In this document: positions 25,111 through 37,074 of the stretch, one piece after another
Layout of the letters: each line of letters begins with the position of its first letter
How positions within the stretch are numbered: the first letter of the stretch is position 1
From: a virus
Taxonomy: Duplodnaviria; Heunggongvirae; Uroviricota; Caudoviricetes
Strand: one strand, 5' to 3'
IMG/VR virus record: IMGVR_UViG_3300021255_002129
DNA length: 64,000 nucleotides
Program-made: the position numbers and the translations under genes
Notes under the pieces: generated by a model
What the model was told of the DNA's origin: nothing
Databases searched by the model: none
Seen by the model: the letters and a program-made list of their open reading frames with translations, nothing else

Positions 25111-25607
25111 TAATGAGAATGCGGAAGTCGGTTGACACTTCCTTTGTCAAGGTCTAAAGTTTTTTGACCGATTTCCGCAAAAGCATTGACAAGCAAAGCA
25201 AACAATGTTATAATAATAATGTAAGATAAAGAAAGAAAGGAAATGATTAAAATGTTAAGATTAATTGATAATGTAAGTAATGAAAGATTACAAGGTAGTA
25301 GAACTACTATCAAGGCTCTTGTGTATAAAAGATTTACTCAATACAAAAAACAAGGACTTTTAAAAGGTATTGTTTTTATAAATAATACTTACTACTTAGG
25401 TTAATAATGTAAAGTGAAGATACTTTACATTTTTTTTACAGTGGCGCGCGGGCGATCGCTGCGGGCCGAAAATTTTATTATACCACACTCTAAAGAATTT
25501 GTCAAGACTTTTTTGTGAAAAAAATAATTAAAAAACTTTCACAAAACTGTTGACTTATTTTTGCTACTATGCTATAATTATAATGTAAGAAAGGAAAGGT
25601 GTTAAAA

Positions 25608-25793
25608 ATGACTGAAACACAAGAAATAATTTTAAATGCACTTGCAGAACTTTGCAAGAAGTATCCACAACAAAGACTAGGACAAATAATTTATAACTAC
25701 ATCTTAACGCATTGTCCAAATCAAGACCCATTCTATGTAGAAGATGAGCAACTATTATGGATAATGGAACAAGAAATTGCAAAAAATATTTAA
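25608..25793 (+). CDS. Small hypothetical protein
   Basis: Own promoter and RBS; KYPQQRLGQII...DPFYVED. Confidence 0.65.
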   Translation: MTETQEIILNALAELCKKYPQQRLGQIIYNYILTHCPNQDPFYVEDEQLLWIMEQEIAKNI

Positions 25794-26063
25794 AAAAAGT
25801 ATTGACATTTAAAAACGATTATGCTATAATTATAATGTAAGAAAGGAAATGATTAAAATGAATAAAGAAGAAAAAATTGAAATTGCTAAATTAGCAATAG
25901 AACTAACTAAAATAGACATAGAATTAATTGCAAAAAAGAAATATTATTGTGAACCTAAAGCAATAGAAAAGTTTGAAAAAAACTTTAAAGAAATTAAAAA
26001 AATACTTGACAAAGAGTAATAGAAATGCTATAATTAAAATGTAATAAGAAAGGAAATGATAAA

Positions 26064-26306
26064 ATGAATAAAATGGAAATATTAAAAAATGCTTTTGAAC
26101 AAATAGGTTTTAAAACTAAAGTAGAACCCTATTATGAAGATTACATTTTATACATAGAGGGAACTCACAATGGTGATGGTAATAAATATCAATTTACTTT
26201 TAATCAAAACTTTGAACCTACTTTATTTGATTGGGATATTCAAGATAATATTTTACTTAATGATTACTATAAAAAAATAGAAAAAAGTATTGACATTGAA
26301 GAATAA
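26064..26306 (+). CDS. Small hypothetical protein
   Basis: Own promoter and RBS. Confidence 0.6.
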   Translation: MNKMEILKNAFEQIGFKTKVEPYYEDYILYIEGTHNGDGNKYQFTFNQNFEPTLFDWDIQDNILLNDYYKKIEKSIDIEE

Positions 26307-27427
26307 AAGTAGTATAATAATATTGTAATAAAGGAAAGGTGGTAAATATTATGAAAATTTATAAAACTTGTATTTATGATTTAAATATTATAGAGGCACT
26401 AAACAAAACCGACTTTGAAAAAGAGTTAAAAGAAGAAATTTGTGATTACATTAGTGATTTAAAAAAACAAATTGAAGAAAAAGAAGATTTACAAGAAGAT
26501 TAAAATTTTCTTGTAAATCTTAAAAAACTATTGACAAATATTTTCTAAAGTGATATAATAATATTGTAATAAAGGAAAGGGAAAGGTGATTACAATGGCT
26601 AAAAGAAAATCAGTTGTAAACAAAATCGTAGTTGACAAAAATGCAGCACAATTTATGAGAACTGCAGAAAATCTTGCTAGAAAGGGAAAAACTAACAAGA
26701 AACTACACGGCAGAAATGCTAATCTAAAAGCAACTAAATACGCAAAATAGTTGCTTTTTTATTTTTAACAATAGTCTAACAACTCAACCAGGTGTATCGC
26801 GGCGGCGCGTGTGCGGTTGTGGGCGCGCCGCCTTTTACACTTACTTGACACTTTGGCATTTCCGCAACAAAAAATTAATTTAAAAAAAATTAAAAAAATT
26901 TCACAAAACCTATTGACTTTTTTCTTATAGTATGAGATAATTATAATGTAAGAGAAAGAGGCGTTTAAAATGGAAAAACCTATTGTAAGAATAGAAAATG
27001 GGGAAGAAATTTTGATTTATAATGATTTTAAAATAACTAAATACTATAATAAAAAAGAAAATAAAATAATAGTTATAAAAGAATATTTTAAAGAAGATAA
27101 AATAATAATAGAAAAATATTAAAAAACTATTGACAAATAATCAATAGTATGAGATAATTATAATGTAAGAGAAAGAGAGTTGATTAAAATGAGTCAAAAA
27201 ACAAAGATAGCTTATTTAAAAATTTTATTAAATATTAAAAATAATGCTTATGAAAATAATACTGGGTTATTAAAAAAAGATTTAATAGTATTAAAAAAAA
27301 TATTGTTAACTCAAAAAGATAATCAACAAATGCAAAAACTTGAAAAAAATATGCAAAAAGTGTTGACAAAAACAAAGTAAAATGTTATAATTATAATGTA
27401 ATCAATAAGGAAAGGGAATGATTAAAA

Positions 27428-28171
27428 ATGATTAAAAAAGTTGATTTAAAAAAAGAAAGATATTTAATGTTTATTGATGTTGAAACAATAGGGACATTAA
27501 ATGTAAAAGAAAGTGTTTTACCTTTTGAAATAGGTATGAAAATATTTGATTTAGAAAGTAAAAAAGTTGTTAAAGAAAAAAGTTATTTAGTAAGAAAATT
27601 CTTCAATAATAAATACATAATGTTATCAACATTTAGTGCTACAAAATATCCAAACTATTTTGAAAAGTTACAAAATGACAAAAGATACAAAACAATGAGT
27701 GTTAATGATATTTCAAAAGACATTGAAAAAAATGTTCAAAGATACAATGTAAAAATAATGGTTGCTCACAACGGCAATTTTGATAAAACTGCTATGGCAA
27801 GATTATTTGAAGATTTTGGAGTTGACAATCCATTTGAAAATATTGATTTACTTGATACTCAAGAAATATCAAAAGTTATTACTTTCTCAAAAGCTTACAC
27901 TGAATTTTGTTTAGCAAACAAAGATAGATTAAATTCTATCAAAGAAAGTTGTTTTATTACAAATAGTGGTAGAGTTAGAATTACTGCACAAGCAATTTAT
28001 TGCTATCTATCAAACAATAGCCAATTTGAAGAAGCCCACACTGGACTTGAAGACATTGACATTGAAATTGAAATCTTTAAAAAGTCAATGGAAATGTTAG
28101 GAAATACAATAGTAAATCTTAACACTGCACCAACTTGGAGAGATTATTCAGTTGTAGTTGAAGAAGATTAA
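27428..28171 (+). CDS. DEDDh 3'-5' exonuclease
   Basis: IDVET, AHNGNFD and HTGLED motifs. Confidence 0.85.
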   Translation: MIKKVDLKKERYLMFIDVETIGTLNVKESVLPFEIGMKIFDLESKKVVKEKSYLVRKFFNNKYIMLSTFSATKYPNYFEKLQNDKRYKTMSVNDISKDIEKNVQRYNVKIMVAHNGNFDKTAMARLFEDFGVDNPFENIDLLDTQEISKVITFSKAYTEFCLANKDRLNSIKESCFITNSGRVRITAQAIYCYLSNNSQFEEAHTGLEDIDIEIEIFKKSMEMLGNTIVNLNTAPTWRDYSVVVEED

Positions 28172-28312
28172 AAGTCTTCTTTTTTTTGTATGCGGCGGGC
28201 GTCGGTCATTCCGCATCAAACCTACTATTTCCGCTTGACAATTTTTAAAATTTTTGATATAATATTATTATAGAAAAGATAAAAAAGAGAGAAAGGAAAA
28301 GTGGAAACGTTT

Positions 28313-28507
28313 ATGACAATTTATGTTTTAATCACTAGTGATAAAACAATAAGTGGCGTTTACTCTAGCAAAAATAAGTTAATCTCTGACCTTACTACTA
28401 CATTAGCGGCAACCGCTATTGATAGAGTAGAAACTTGAGAGGTTGACAAGGGTTTTGTAGATTACTTGAAAATTAGTAAACAAACAACGGTCACTATTGA
28501 AAACTAG
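28313..28507 (+). CDS. Small hypothetical protein with an internal TGA
   Basis: Promoter at 28235; reads RVET-W-EVDKG through TGA to TAG. Confidence 0.55.
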
Positions 28508-29261
28508 TGACACTAAGCACGTAACCCCGTAAAAGGTTCGTGCGGGTGTCGTTTCCACACAAACCCGACCTCCTCAGCATTTTCACACGAAAAAAGTCGC
28601 ATTTCCGCGATTTTTTATTTTACCCAAAACTTACGAGCGGCTCGTGGGCGCAGGTCACGAGCCGAATTCGCCATTATACCACAGCTTTCGAGTTTTGTCA
28701 AGTGTTTTTTACAAAAAAACTTTTTTTATTTTTTTCACAAAACTGCTTGACAATTTTTTAATAATTTGTTATAATTATAATGTAATAAATGAGAGAGAGT
28801 AAAACAAAAAAAATAAAAATAAAAAAATTAAAAAAAATGCTTGACTTATTTATTAAAAAATGTTATAATTATTATAGAAATAAGGAAATGGCAGTGCCTA
28901 GCCAAGAGCAATAGACTGCAGGGTTCGTCGCTCGGTTCGGAAAAACGAGATAAAGACGTAATGACTATACCAGCCACAAAAGGTAAACATCTTGTATGTG
29001 TACTTATGAATGTGATACAAGAAAAAGGTTGGCAACTCCTACCGAAAAAAAGTTGCAAAAATTTAAAAAATTATTGACTTTTTAAAAATAAAATGATATA
29101 ATTATTATAGAAAAGTTAAGAAAAGGTTATAACATAATCATTAAAAAATTAAAAAACTTTTAAAAAAGTGTTGACAATTAAAAATGATTATGATATAATA
29201 TAAATGTAATAAGAAAAGAAATAACTTATTACAAAGCCAATAAGAAAGGGAGATGATTAAA

Positions 29262-29645
29262 ATGGCTGAAACAAAAAAATTAACAAAGAGAGATTATTTC
29301 GCTCAATTAAAGGAAATAGTAAAGGATAATGCTGAATTAGTAGCATTTATCGACCACGAAGTAGAGTTATTAACTCGTAAAAATAGTGGAAACTCACAAA
29401 CTAAGACTCAAAAAGAAAACGAAGTTGTTTGTGAAATGTTAGTAAATGAGTTAGCAAAAATCGCTAAACCTATCACTATCACTGATTTAATGGCAACAAG
29501 TGAAGTTGTAAAAAATTATGTGTTAGAAAATGGAAATCATTTAACTAACCAAAAAATCAGTGCTTTACTAAAACAATTAGTTGAAAGCAACAAAGTTGTA
29601 AAAGTTACTGATAAGAAAAAATCTTACTTCTCAGTAAGTGAATAA
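29262..29645 (+). CDS. Winged-helix-like small protein, paralog family A
   Basis: TKTQKENE..ITITDL..QKISALLKQLV..KKKSYFS. Confidence 0.75.
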   Translation: MAETKKLTKRDYFAQLKEIVKDNAELVAFIDHEVELLTRKNSGNSQTKTQKENEVVCEMLVNELAKIAKPITITDLMATSEVVKNYVLENGNHLTNQKISALLKQLVESNKVVKVTDKKKSYFSVSE

Positions 29646-30320
29646 GATTTGGTAAGGTCAAACCTTACCAAGAGTTTACAAAAATACTTGTAAACTCTTG
29701 GTAGGGCTTGGGAAACCTACTGGGTTATAATGTATTCGCCCATTAACCAAAAGCGTTGCGAAAAGTGTTTTACACCTAGTAGACGCTAGAAATACATCGA
29801 GGTTTACTTGTTCCCTATCGTTAGTGAATGAAACAAGTGTAAAAAATTTGACATCCCAAGTGTCAAATTTTTTATTTGACATTTACTTGACGGCTCGCGA
29901 CTGGCCGCCGCGAGCCGAAAATTTTATTATACCACATCTTTGGTATTTTGTCAAGAGAAAAATGAAATTTTTACATAATTTTACATTTCCCAAAACCTTG
30001 ATCCTGATCTGACACGCCAGGGCGCGTTGTTAGAAAAACACTGATTAAAAAAATTTAAAAATTTTTTAAAAAACTATTGACTTATTTTTTTATTTATAGT
30101 ATAATTAAAGTGTAATAAGAAAGGAGAAGAAAAGCAAAAAATAATTTAAAAAATATTTTAAAAAACTGTTGACTTTTAAAAAGTATTATGTTATAATTAT
30201 AATGTAATAAGAAAGGAAAGGCAATAGCAAATAAAAATATTTAAAAAAATTAAAAAAATTGCTTGACTTTCTAATTACAATATGATATAATTAATATGTA
30301 AGTGAAAGGAGATTGATAAT

Positions 30321-30698
30321 ATGGAAAAAAGACTTACAAAAAAAGATTATTTTGAAATGATTAAGGGGGTATGTGCTGATAGAACTGATATCGTTGATTT
30401 CTGCAACCACGAAATAGAATTGCTATCACGCAAAAACTCAAAGAGTGGGGCAACTAAAACTCAAAAAGAAAATGAAATAGTTGCAAATATGCTTGTTGAA
30501 GAACTTGCTAAAATTGGTAAACCAATTACAATTACTGACTTAATGAATACAAGTGAAATTGTCAAAGGTTATACACTTGAAAATGGAAACAACTTGACAA
30601 ATCAAAAGATAAGTGCTATCTTTAAACAACTTGTAGAAAATCAAAAAATTGTCAAAGTAGTTGACAAGAAAAAATCTTATTTCTCAATAGGGGAATAA
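30321..30698 (+). CDS. Paralog family A protein
   Basis: Clearly similar to 29262-29645 along its length. Confidence 0.75.
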   Translation: MEKRLTKKDYFEMIKGVCADRTDIVDFCNHEIELLSRKNSKSGATKTQKENEIVANMLVEELAKIGKPITITDLMNTSEIVKGYTLENGNNLTNQKISAIFKQLVENQKIVKVVDKKKSYFSIGE

Positions 30699-30989
30699 GA
30701 TATGCGGAAATAGTCGGTTAGTGGCAACATTAACCGACCACCGCAAAATCAATAAGAGATACTTCTTATTGAAATATTTTAAAAATAAAATATTTGAATA
30801 AGGAGTTGTGTTTTGGTAGTTTCGTTCTCCCTCATGGCTATAAAAAAAGATAACAAATTAAGTTTTGTTGCCCAATGTAAAAAAAATCTTCAAAACTACT
30901 TTTATCTCTTGTTGAAAAAAGTAAAAAAAGTATTGACTTAATAATAATAGTATGGTATAATTAAAATGTAATAAGGAAAGGGTGATATT

Positions 30990-31424
30990 ATGAAAGATTA
31001 CAAAGTTAATGGAAAAGTTATTGAAATGATACTTGAAAATGGAAAAGTTGTTAAGTGTGCTACTGAATGGGTAGAAAAAACAATGAAAATACTTGAAACT
31101 GATATGGAAGATGTCCTTCTAATGTGGCTTGAAGATAATGACTACATTGTAAATGAAGAACAAGAAGAACTTGACAAACAAGCAAAGGGAAAAGTTAAAC
31201 TTGTTGCAAAAACTGAAAAACCAGTCAAAAAAACACCAAAAGAAAGAGTGCAAAAAGAAAACCCTACAAAAGAGTTAATTATACAAACTATTTACAATGC
31301 TTTACAACAAATTGACAATATTTCAAGTGTAAATGTTGAAAACAAAGCAAAATTGATTACATTTGAATTAAATAATGAGCAATTCAAGATTGATTTAATC
31401 CAAAAACGCAAACCAAAGGCGTAA
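30990..31424 (+). CDS. Hypothetical protein, paralog family B
   Basis: WLED..ENPTKE..FKIDLIQKRKPKA, shared with 34071-34517. Confidence 0.75.
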   Translation: MKDYKVNGKVIEMILENGKVVKCATEWVEKTMKILETDMEDVLLMWLEDNDYIVNEEQEELDKQAKGKVKLVAKTEKPVKKTPKERVQKENPTKELIIQTIYNALQQIDNISSVNVENKAKLITFELNNEQFKIDLIQKRKPKA

Positions 31425-32128
31425 GAAGTGTCAATTTGACACTTTTTTTATTGTTTTTTGGCGGATTTACGTCAATTTACATGTAAAAAAGTGTCAATTT
31501 ACATGTAAATTTACTGTCAAGCGCCGGGCCGAGGGCGGACGCTGCGAGGCCGAAAATTTTATTATACCATAGTTTTAAAAATTTGTCAAGTGAAAAATGA
31601 AAATTTTTAAATTTTTTTTACACTCCCAAAACTATTGACGCTGACCCCGTCAGCAGTCCTATATGGTCGCAATTGATCCGTAAAGTCGACCGGGGCCACC
31701 ATATGCAATTTTTTCGTGGATTTTTTGTCTCTGCCGATCGGAACCAAATTCCCATAATATATGCTTGACAAAATTAAAAAAATATGTTATAATATAAAAA
31801 AAGAACTTAAAACCGATCGGGTGACCGGCGACCGCATCTTTATTTGATTATTTTAATAAATTATATTATAATATAATGGGAGAGTATTATTATATATATA
31901 TTTATATTTATATTTCCCCTTTAATTATATCATAAATAAAATAAAAAATCAAATAGAAATCGGCAATCGGGAGCGGCGTTTTAATTTATATGCAAGAGGA
32001 AAACGATAAGGACAAAATAAAAAAGATGGTTGGACGGGACCCGAGCCACGTCTAAACCACCATTTATAACCATTTCTACAATTTTTATACAGTTTCTACA
32101 TATTCTTTATATCTTCTTATCCAATGTA

Positions 32129-32494
32129 TTATATGCTAAGCTGTCTCTTATCTTCTTCATCCCATTCTCTTTCTTTTTTTATTTTAAAATCCATCAAATC
32201 CGCAGGACTAATATAATCTAATATATATTTAGGTTTAATTACCTCTATCCATTTATTTAATGTTTCTTTTATCTTCTCTTCATCAGTGTCTATCTCTTCT
32301 AATATAACTACATTCCTATCTCAATCTATACCATCTACTTCATCCATCAATTCTATATTATCTAATTTAATTATCTTCCAATCCGCATCTTCATCTATTC
32401 AATAATCCGGATCCCAATCAACAGGTTGCAAATCACTAATAAATACTATCTCTCTATCTTCATTCAATAACCCATATATTCTTGTTTTATTCAC
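32129..32494 (-). CDS. Hypothetical acidic protein (121 aa, code 4 only)
   Basis: AAGGAGG RBS, GTG start, two in-frame TGA, TAA stop; absent from the ORF track. Confidence 0.6.
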
Positions 32495-32516
32495 TTTATT
32501 ATTCCTCCTTAAGACA

Positions 32517-32646
32517 TTTTAGACAAAAGTTATATTTTTTCAACCTCACCAAAGCAAATCAATTAATTTTAGACAAATTTTATATTTTTTCAACCTCAAT
32601 ATATATTATATATTGTTCAGTATGTAAAAATCCAATTTTTGTCTAA
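32517..32646. repeat. Iteron-like repeats
   Basis: TTTTAGACAAA..TTATATTTTTTCAACCTCA at about 32517 and 32567, plus an inverted degenerate copy ending about 32646. Confidence 0.7.
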
Positions 32647-33413
32647 CTTTCCTTAAAGTTTATGCCATTTATATCTGCGGATGAGCCTACACAATAAATA
32701 AAATCTCCATCTTTTATCGTTTCTTTGTGATATATAACTACGTTATTGTCTTTTAATAATTTTTTACTCTCTTTTATATTATATTCACTTAATCCTGTTA
32801 ATCTTTTTATATCATCAACAGTATAAGGTTCAGCATCTTTAAAGTATATTGCGGCAGCTATTACTTTAGTTAATGGAACTCAATCTCTTTTATGATTAAG
32901 TTCTGCAATTTGATGACTTTTTTTAATAACATCTAATTGTAAATCAACTATCTTCTTCTCAGCTTGTCTGCGGAGACCTATAATGAAATATCCATCTGAA
33001 TCTTCAGCAAACAAAATGTGCCCCCTATTTTTTAAATTCTCTACGGCTAATGCGGCAGCCCCCATATTTGCGGAAGTAGCCCCCTTACCAAGATATTCAA
33101 CTAACATTTTATATGTACCCCTAAATACTAATTCTGGTTTAGCCAAGAGTGCAACTAATATCATAAACTCTCATATTTCTAGCCCTATTATTTCTTCATC
33201 AACATAAAATAAAGTATTTTCTTGCTCTTCATATAAAGTCATTGCTCTAGTATTAGTATCAAGAGACTCCAAATATTCTGCGGCGGTGCCTCGCCCCATT
33301 TTTATTATATGAACACCATATTTCTTTAATATAGATTCTTGAGTACGTTTAAATTGTGTCTTTATAGAAGATGGTGATACATTATATTTTTTACATAATT
33401 CTTCTAATGACAT
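32643..33413 (-). CDS. Multi-HTH DNA-binding protein, possible replication initiator (256 aa, code 4)
   Basis: ORFs 33171-33413 and 32880-33164 joined by TGA and extended past TGA 32880 to TAG; HTH-like segments at both ends. Confidence 0.65.
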
Positions 33414-34070
33414 ATATATCCTCCTTTATATAATATGAAAATTTAGACAAAAAAATTGTCTAAAATTGACCAAAGGAGTGGGAGATTCATCACTTCGTGA
33501 TGAATACACCCCCTCATCAATAGGTAAAATAAATAGATAACTAAGATTAGTTATCTATCTCTATCTTTCTTATATACGGAATAGATGCATAATAACTAGT
33601 AATTTTATCATTAGCAACCCCGCAATAACCAAAGTTTAACTTAAACCAAAGTCAAAATATTAGCAAATTTTTCATATCTAATCAACTTTATAATTGTGTG
33701 CGGCAATGCGTCCCTGTTCAAAGAAAACGGTAAACATATCTCTAATATCATTAACAGGAATAAAACCTCCATCAGGAGTTGCAATTATATCTCCTTCAAA
33801 TATTTTATTTCCATTTATATCGCGGTAACCGGTATATTGACCTATAGAACTGGGTTCAACCTGCCACTCATCTCCGCACTTATCAATTATAGTATAATTA
33901 AGCGTAAGACAACCATAAACTCATTTTTCTTCGTCTTTAGAGTATCCCCTAAATAAAATCTCACGCATAAATTGTTTTGTTGCTCCTTTCTAATTCGTAT
34001 TTCTCGTATCGTCTTAACAAAAATCGTATTTTCTAAAAATGCGTATTTTTTAGCAACTCAGAGAAAACCA

Positions 34071-34517
34071 TTAGGCTTTTGGTTTTCTTCTCTGTATTAA
34101 ATCAATCTTGAAACTTTCATTGTTTAGCTCAAAAGTAATAAGTTTTCCTTTGTTTTCTACTACTATATTAGTAGTTCCCTCAATAGCCTCAATACATTTA
34201 AAAATTTCTGATATAACCATTTCTTTTGTTGGATTTTCTTTTACCGTTCTAACGACTTTTTTCTTTTCTTTTGCACCGTCCCTGATACCTTTTCTAGCTG
34301 CGGCAAGTGATTTATTTTCTTTTGCGGCTGCACATAACTCTTCTTGTTCTTCGTTTTCAAGATAGCCTTCATCTTCAAGCCAAGTTAAAACTGCTTCGTC
34401 CATATCAATATCTAATCTTGTACACATATTTTCAAGATAGCTAGTCATAGCCTTTACAACTTTTCCGTTTTCAAGAGTAATATCAACTACTTTTCCATTG
34501 ATTACATAATTTTCCAT
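34071..34517 (-). CDS. Paralog family B protein
   Basis: Similar to 30990-31424. Confidence 0.75.
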   Translation of the reverse strand: MENYVINGKVVDITLENGKVVKAMTSYLENMCTRLDIDMDEAVLTWLEDEGYLENEEQEELCAAAKENKSLAAARKGIRDGAKEKKKVVRTVKENPTKEMVISEIFKCIEAIEGTTNIVVENKGKLITFELNNESFKIDLIQRRKPKA

Positions 34518-34719
34518 ATTATCCACCTTCCCTTTCTTAAACAATATTTTAATTATTTTTTATTTTATATATTTATTATAACAAATTTTTTTAATTTTGT
34601 CAATGAAAAATCGTAAAATCTTTTGCGGGATCCGGTTGAAGATGGTTTGATCTGGATCATATGTCCGGAACTCGATTGCCGCATATGCAAACAAAAAAGC
34701 AACCATATGGTTGCTTATA

Positions 34720-35082
34720 TTATTCTGCTATTGAGAAGTATGCTTTTTTCTTATCTTCAGTTCTAGTAACTCTTCCAGCATCAACTAATTTCTTAACTAA
34801 TGCAGATACTTTTTGTGCTGATTTGATTTCATCACTTTCAACTGCTTTGAATAATTCAGTTACAGTTACTGGATGTCCAGCATTAGCAATTCCTTCAAAT
34901 ACAACTTCAACTAATTTCTCGTTTTCTTTTTGAGTTTTAGTTTGTCCATTTCTTTTCTTAGATACTAACTCAATTTCATGATTTAAGAATTCTACTACTG
35001 CATCAGTATCTTCGATATTAGCTCCTTCTACGATTTCAATTAATCTTCCAAACATTTCTTTTTTAGTCATTTTCTTTTCCAT
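34720..35082 (-). CDS. Paralog family A protein
   Basis: MEKKMTKKE..TKTQKENE..QKVSALVKKLV..KKKAYFSIAE; GAGGTG RBS supports the ATG at 35082. Confidence 0.75.
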   Translation of the reverse strand: MEKKMTKKEMFGRLIEIVEGANIEDTDAVVEFLNHEIELVSKKRNGQTKTQKENEKLVEVVFEGIANAGHPVTVTELFKAVESDEIKSAQKVSALVKKLVDAGRVTRTEDKKKAYFSIAE

Positions 35083-36009
35083 TATTATCACCTCATTTAA
35101 CCTTTCTTTTATTTTATTATTTCTATTTAAACACTTTATAGTGTTGAGAAGATTTAGTGAAGCTCTTTCGCTTATAAGAAACCCCTGCGGCAATCGCTAG
35201 GATTAAGAAGAACAGCCTCGTCACTAAGGATTTTTCACTTATGGCTACGACTCTTTGGTCTACCAGCCTTAGTAAGTTTCATAAACTATTTTTCTTTCTT
35301 TTTCTATATATATTATATAATAATTTTTTAATAAAATCAATAGAGTTTTTATTAAACTCTTCTTAAAAATACTATTGCCGCACCTCATCTATCTATGCAC
35401 TCTCTACCAAATCTTACGCCCATAGCGGCGTCTTTGTAGACTTAATGTCCATATATTAACGACTATATACTTCGCGGCGGTTCGTTATACTTATCAACAC
35501 TTTACATAAGTCTCACCACCGACAATAGTATCTTTAAGAAAAGTTTAATTTTCTTAACTTTTCTATATATATTATATAATAATTTTTATAAATTATCAAT
35601 TAAAATTTATTGGCTTGTTCTCATGAAACCTATTAATGACCATCCGTTGGAACATCTATAGCTGTCTTACCCAACGCCCGCATATCTTAGAGAACTAACT
35701 TAGCGGAGGCAGCACTCTCATTCCTATTATAATTATACTTATCATTATTTTTTAGATAAGCAATGAGATTAAGTTTAATACCTTTTGTTAAACACGTGAC
35801 CTTACCTTTTCGTTCTTCCCGTACCAATATTAATTATTTTTAGGAAAGGGCGGCTATTCTTTACTTTATTAAATAGTATTTCAACCGTAGCCAACGGATA
35901 CTCACACTTTCGCTAGCAGTGAGTCGCATTATATTTAACTCTTGTAAATAATGATTACTTTTCTTATTTACATATATATTATATTATATTTTTTTATAAA
36001 AATCAATAT

Positions 36010-36720
36010 GTTGAGTTGAGGCTCAGGACAATCTTTTTATCCTCATTCTGCGGCTGCACCCTGATTACTCTGTATATATTATAATTACCTACAATTTTAT
36101 CCACAGTCTCTGTCACACACCAGAGTTTAATCAGTGCGGCAGGATCGTGCCCGCGTGAGGAGTTCTCATATTGGTTGCCTCAGGTAATTATTATCATTTA
36201 CAGTAAGTCAGACGCATCCGACTTACCAAGTGAGCTCCGAAGAGACATCACCACAATTTTTTATCAAAGTGAGATATATTCAACCAAATGGCTGTCCCGA
36301 AGTAGCCTCCCATTTTTTATATCGGTGTTTTATTATTAAAGCCTCTTAATTGGAGTGTTACTTTAATAATTGCTACAATAGAATATATCAATATTATTGC
36401 CGTCTAACTCTGGTCACGGCTTGGCACCACCCATTGGACAATCGCTACTAAGCAGCTCAGACGTCCCTATTTCTATACCGCCAGTTCAGTCCATCACTGC
36501 GTATTGTTACTTCTATATGAACCAAGTAGTCATATGACTCGAACCCCCTGATTTATTACATATAGGTAGCCGCAAGCACGTGGGTGCATTCCCTCTGGTC
36601 CCGGTCTAAGTTTAAACTTCAACGGAGAAGTTTTTGATAAAGGAGAACTTCCAGATTAACCGCACCCTGCTTCAACTTAGCTCATGGGTTCCTCAATAAC
36701 TCCTAATTTATATTTTTTCT
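36010..36720 (-). ncRNA. Candidate large structured ncRNA (about 700 nt)
   Basis: No ORF, GC-richer than the flanks, many hairpins, directly downstream of a promoter at about 36730-36762. Confidence 0.55.
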
Positions 36721-36766
36721 TTTGTTATATATATTATATAATATTTTTTAAATATTATCAAATATA

Positions 36767-36991
36767 TTACATTATCCTATCATCATCAGCATAACCTTCG
36801 GCTTCTAAGTCTTCAACTAAATTCTTTAATGTTTTTAAAGTTGCGTGGTATGTTGCTACATTTAACAATCTTAGAAAAGCCTTTATTGCCATATCTGCGG
36901 AGATGTCCTCATTTAATGTTATGTTAGTTTCTATATTATATGGTTGCCCATCAAAGACATCATAATCATATGGTTCTTGAACATAATTCAT
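36767..36991 (-). CDS. Small hypothetical protein
   Basis: Promoter and RBS upstream. Confidence 0.6.
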   Translation of the reverse strand: MNYVQEPYDYDVFDGQPYNIETNITLNEDISADMAIKAFLRLLNVATYHATLKTLKNLVEDLEAEGYADDDRIM

Positions 36992-37074
36992 TTTAATCAT
37001 ATCAATTCATCTCCTTTTCTTTATTACATATATATTATATAATAATTTTTATAAATTATCAATGATTTAACTCT

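Larger units (their letters stand above)
24249..30962 (+). promoter_or_regulatory. Array of about 20 strong sigma70/sigmaA-type promoters
   Basis: Repeated TTGAC(A/T)-N~17-(TG)nTATAAT followed by AATGTAA(T)AAGAAAGG, e.g. near 24249, 24546, 25550, 25802, 26006, 26290, 26531, 26913, 27130, 27363, 28235, 28748, 28841, 29075, 29171, 30077, 30169, 30264, 30933. Confidence 0.85.

Noticed and set aside
24249..31000. Promoter repeats read as an integron or CRISPR-like array
   Set aside because: The repeats are sigma70 promoter and RBS consensus with variable sequence; no attC-like palindromes or integrase are seen in the window
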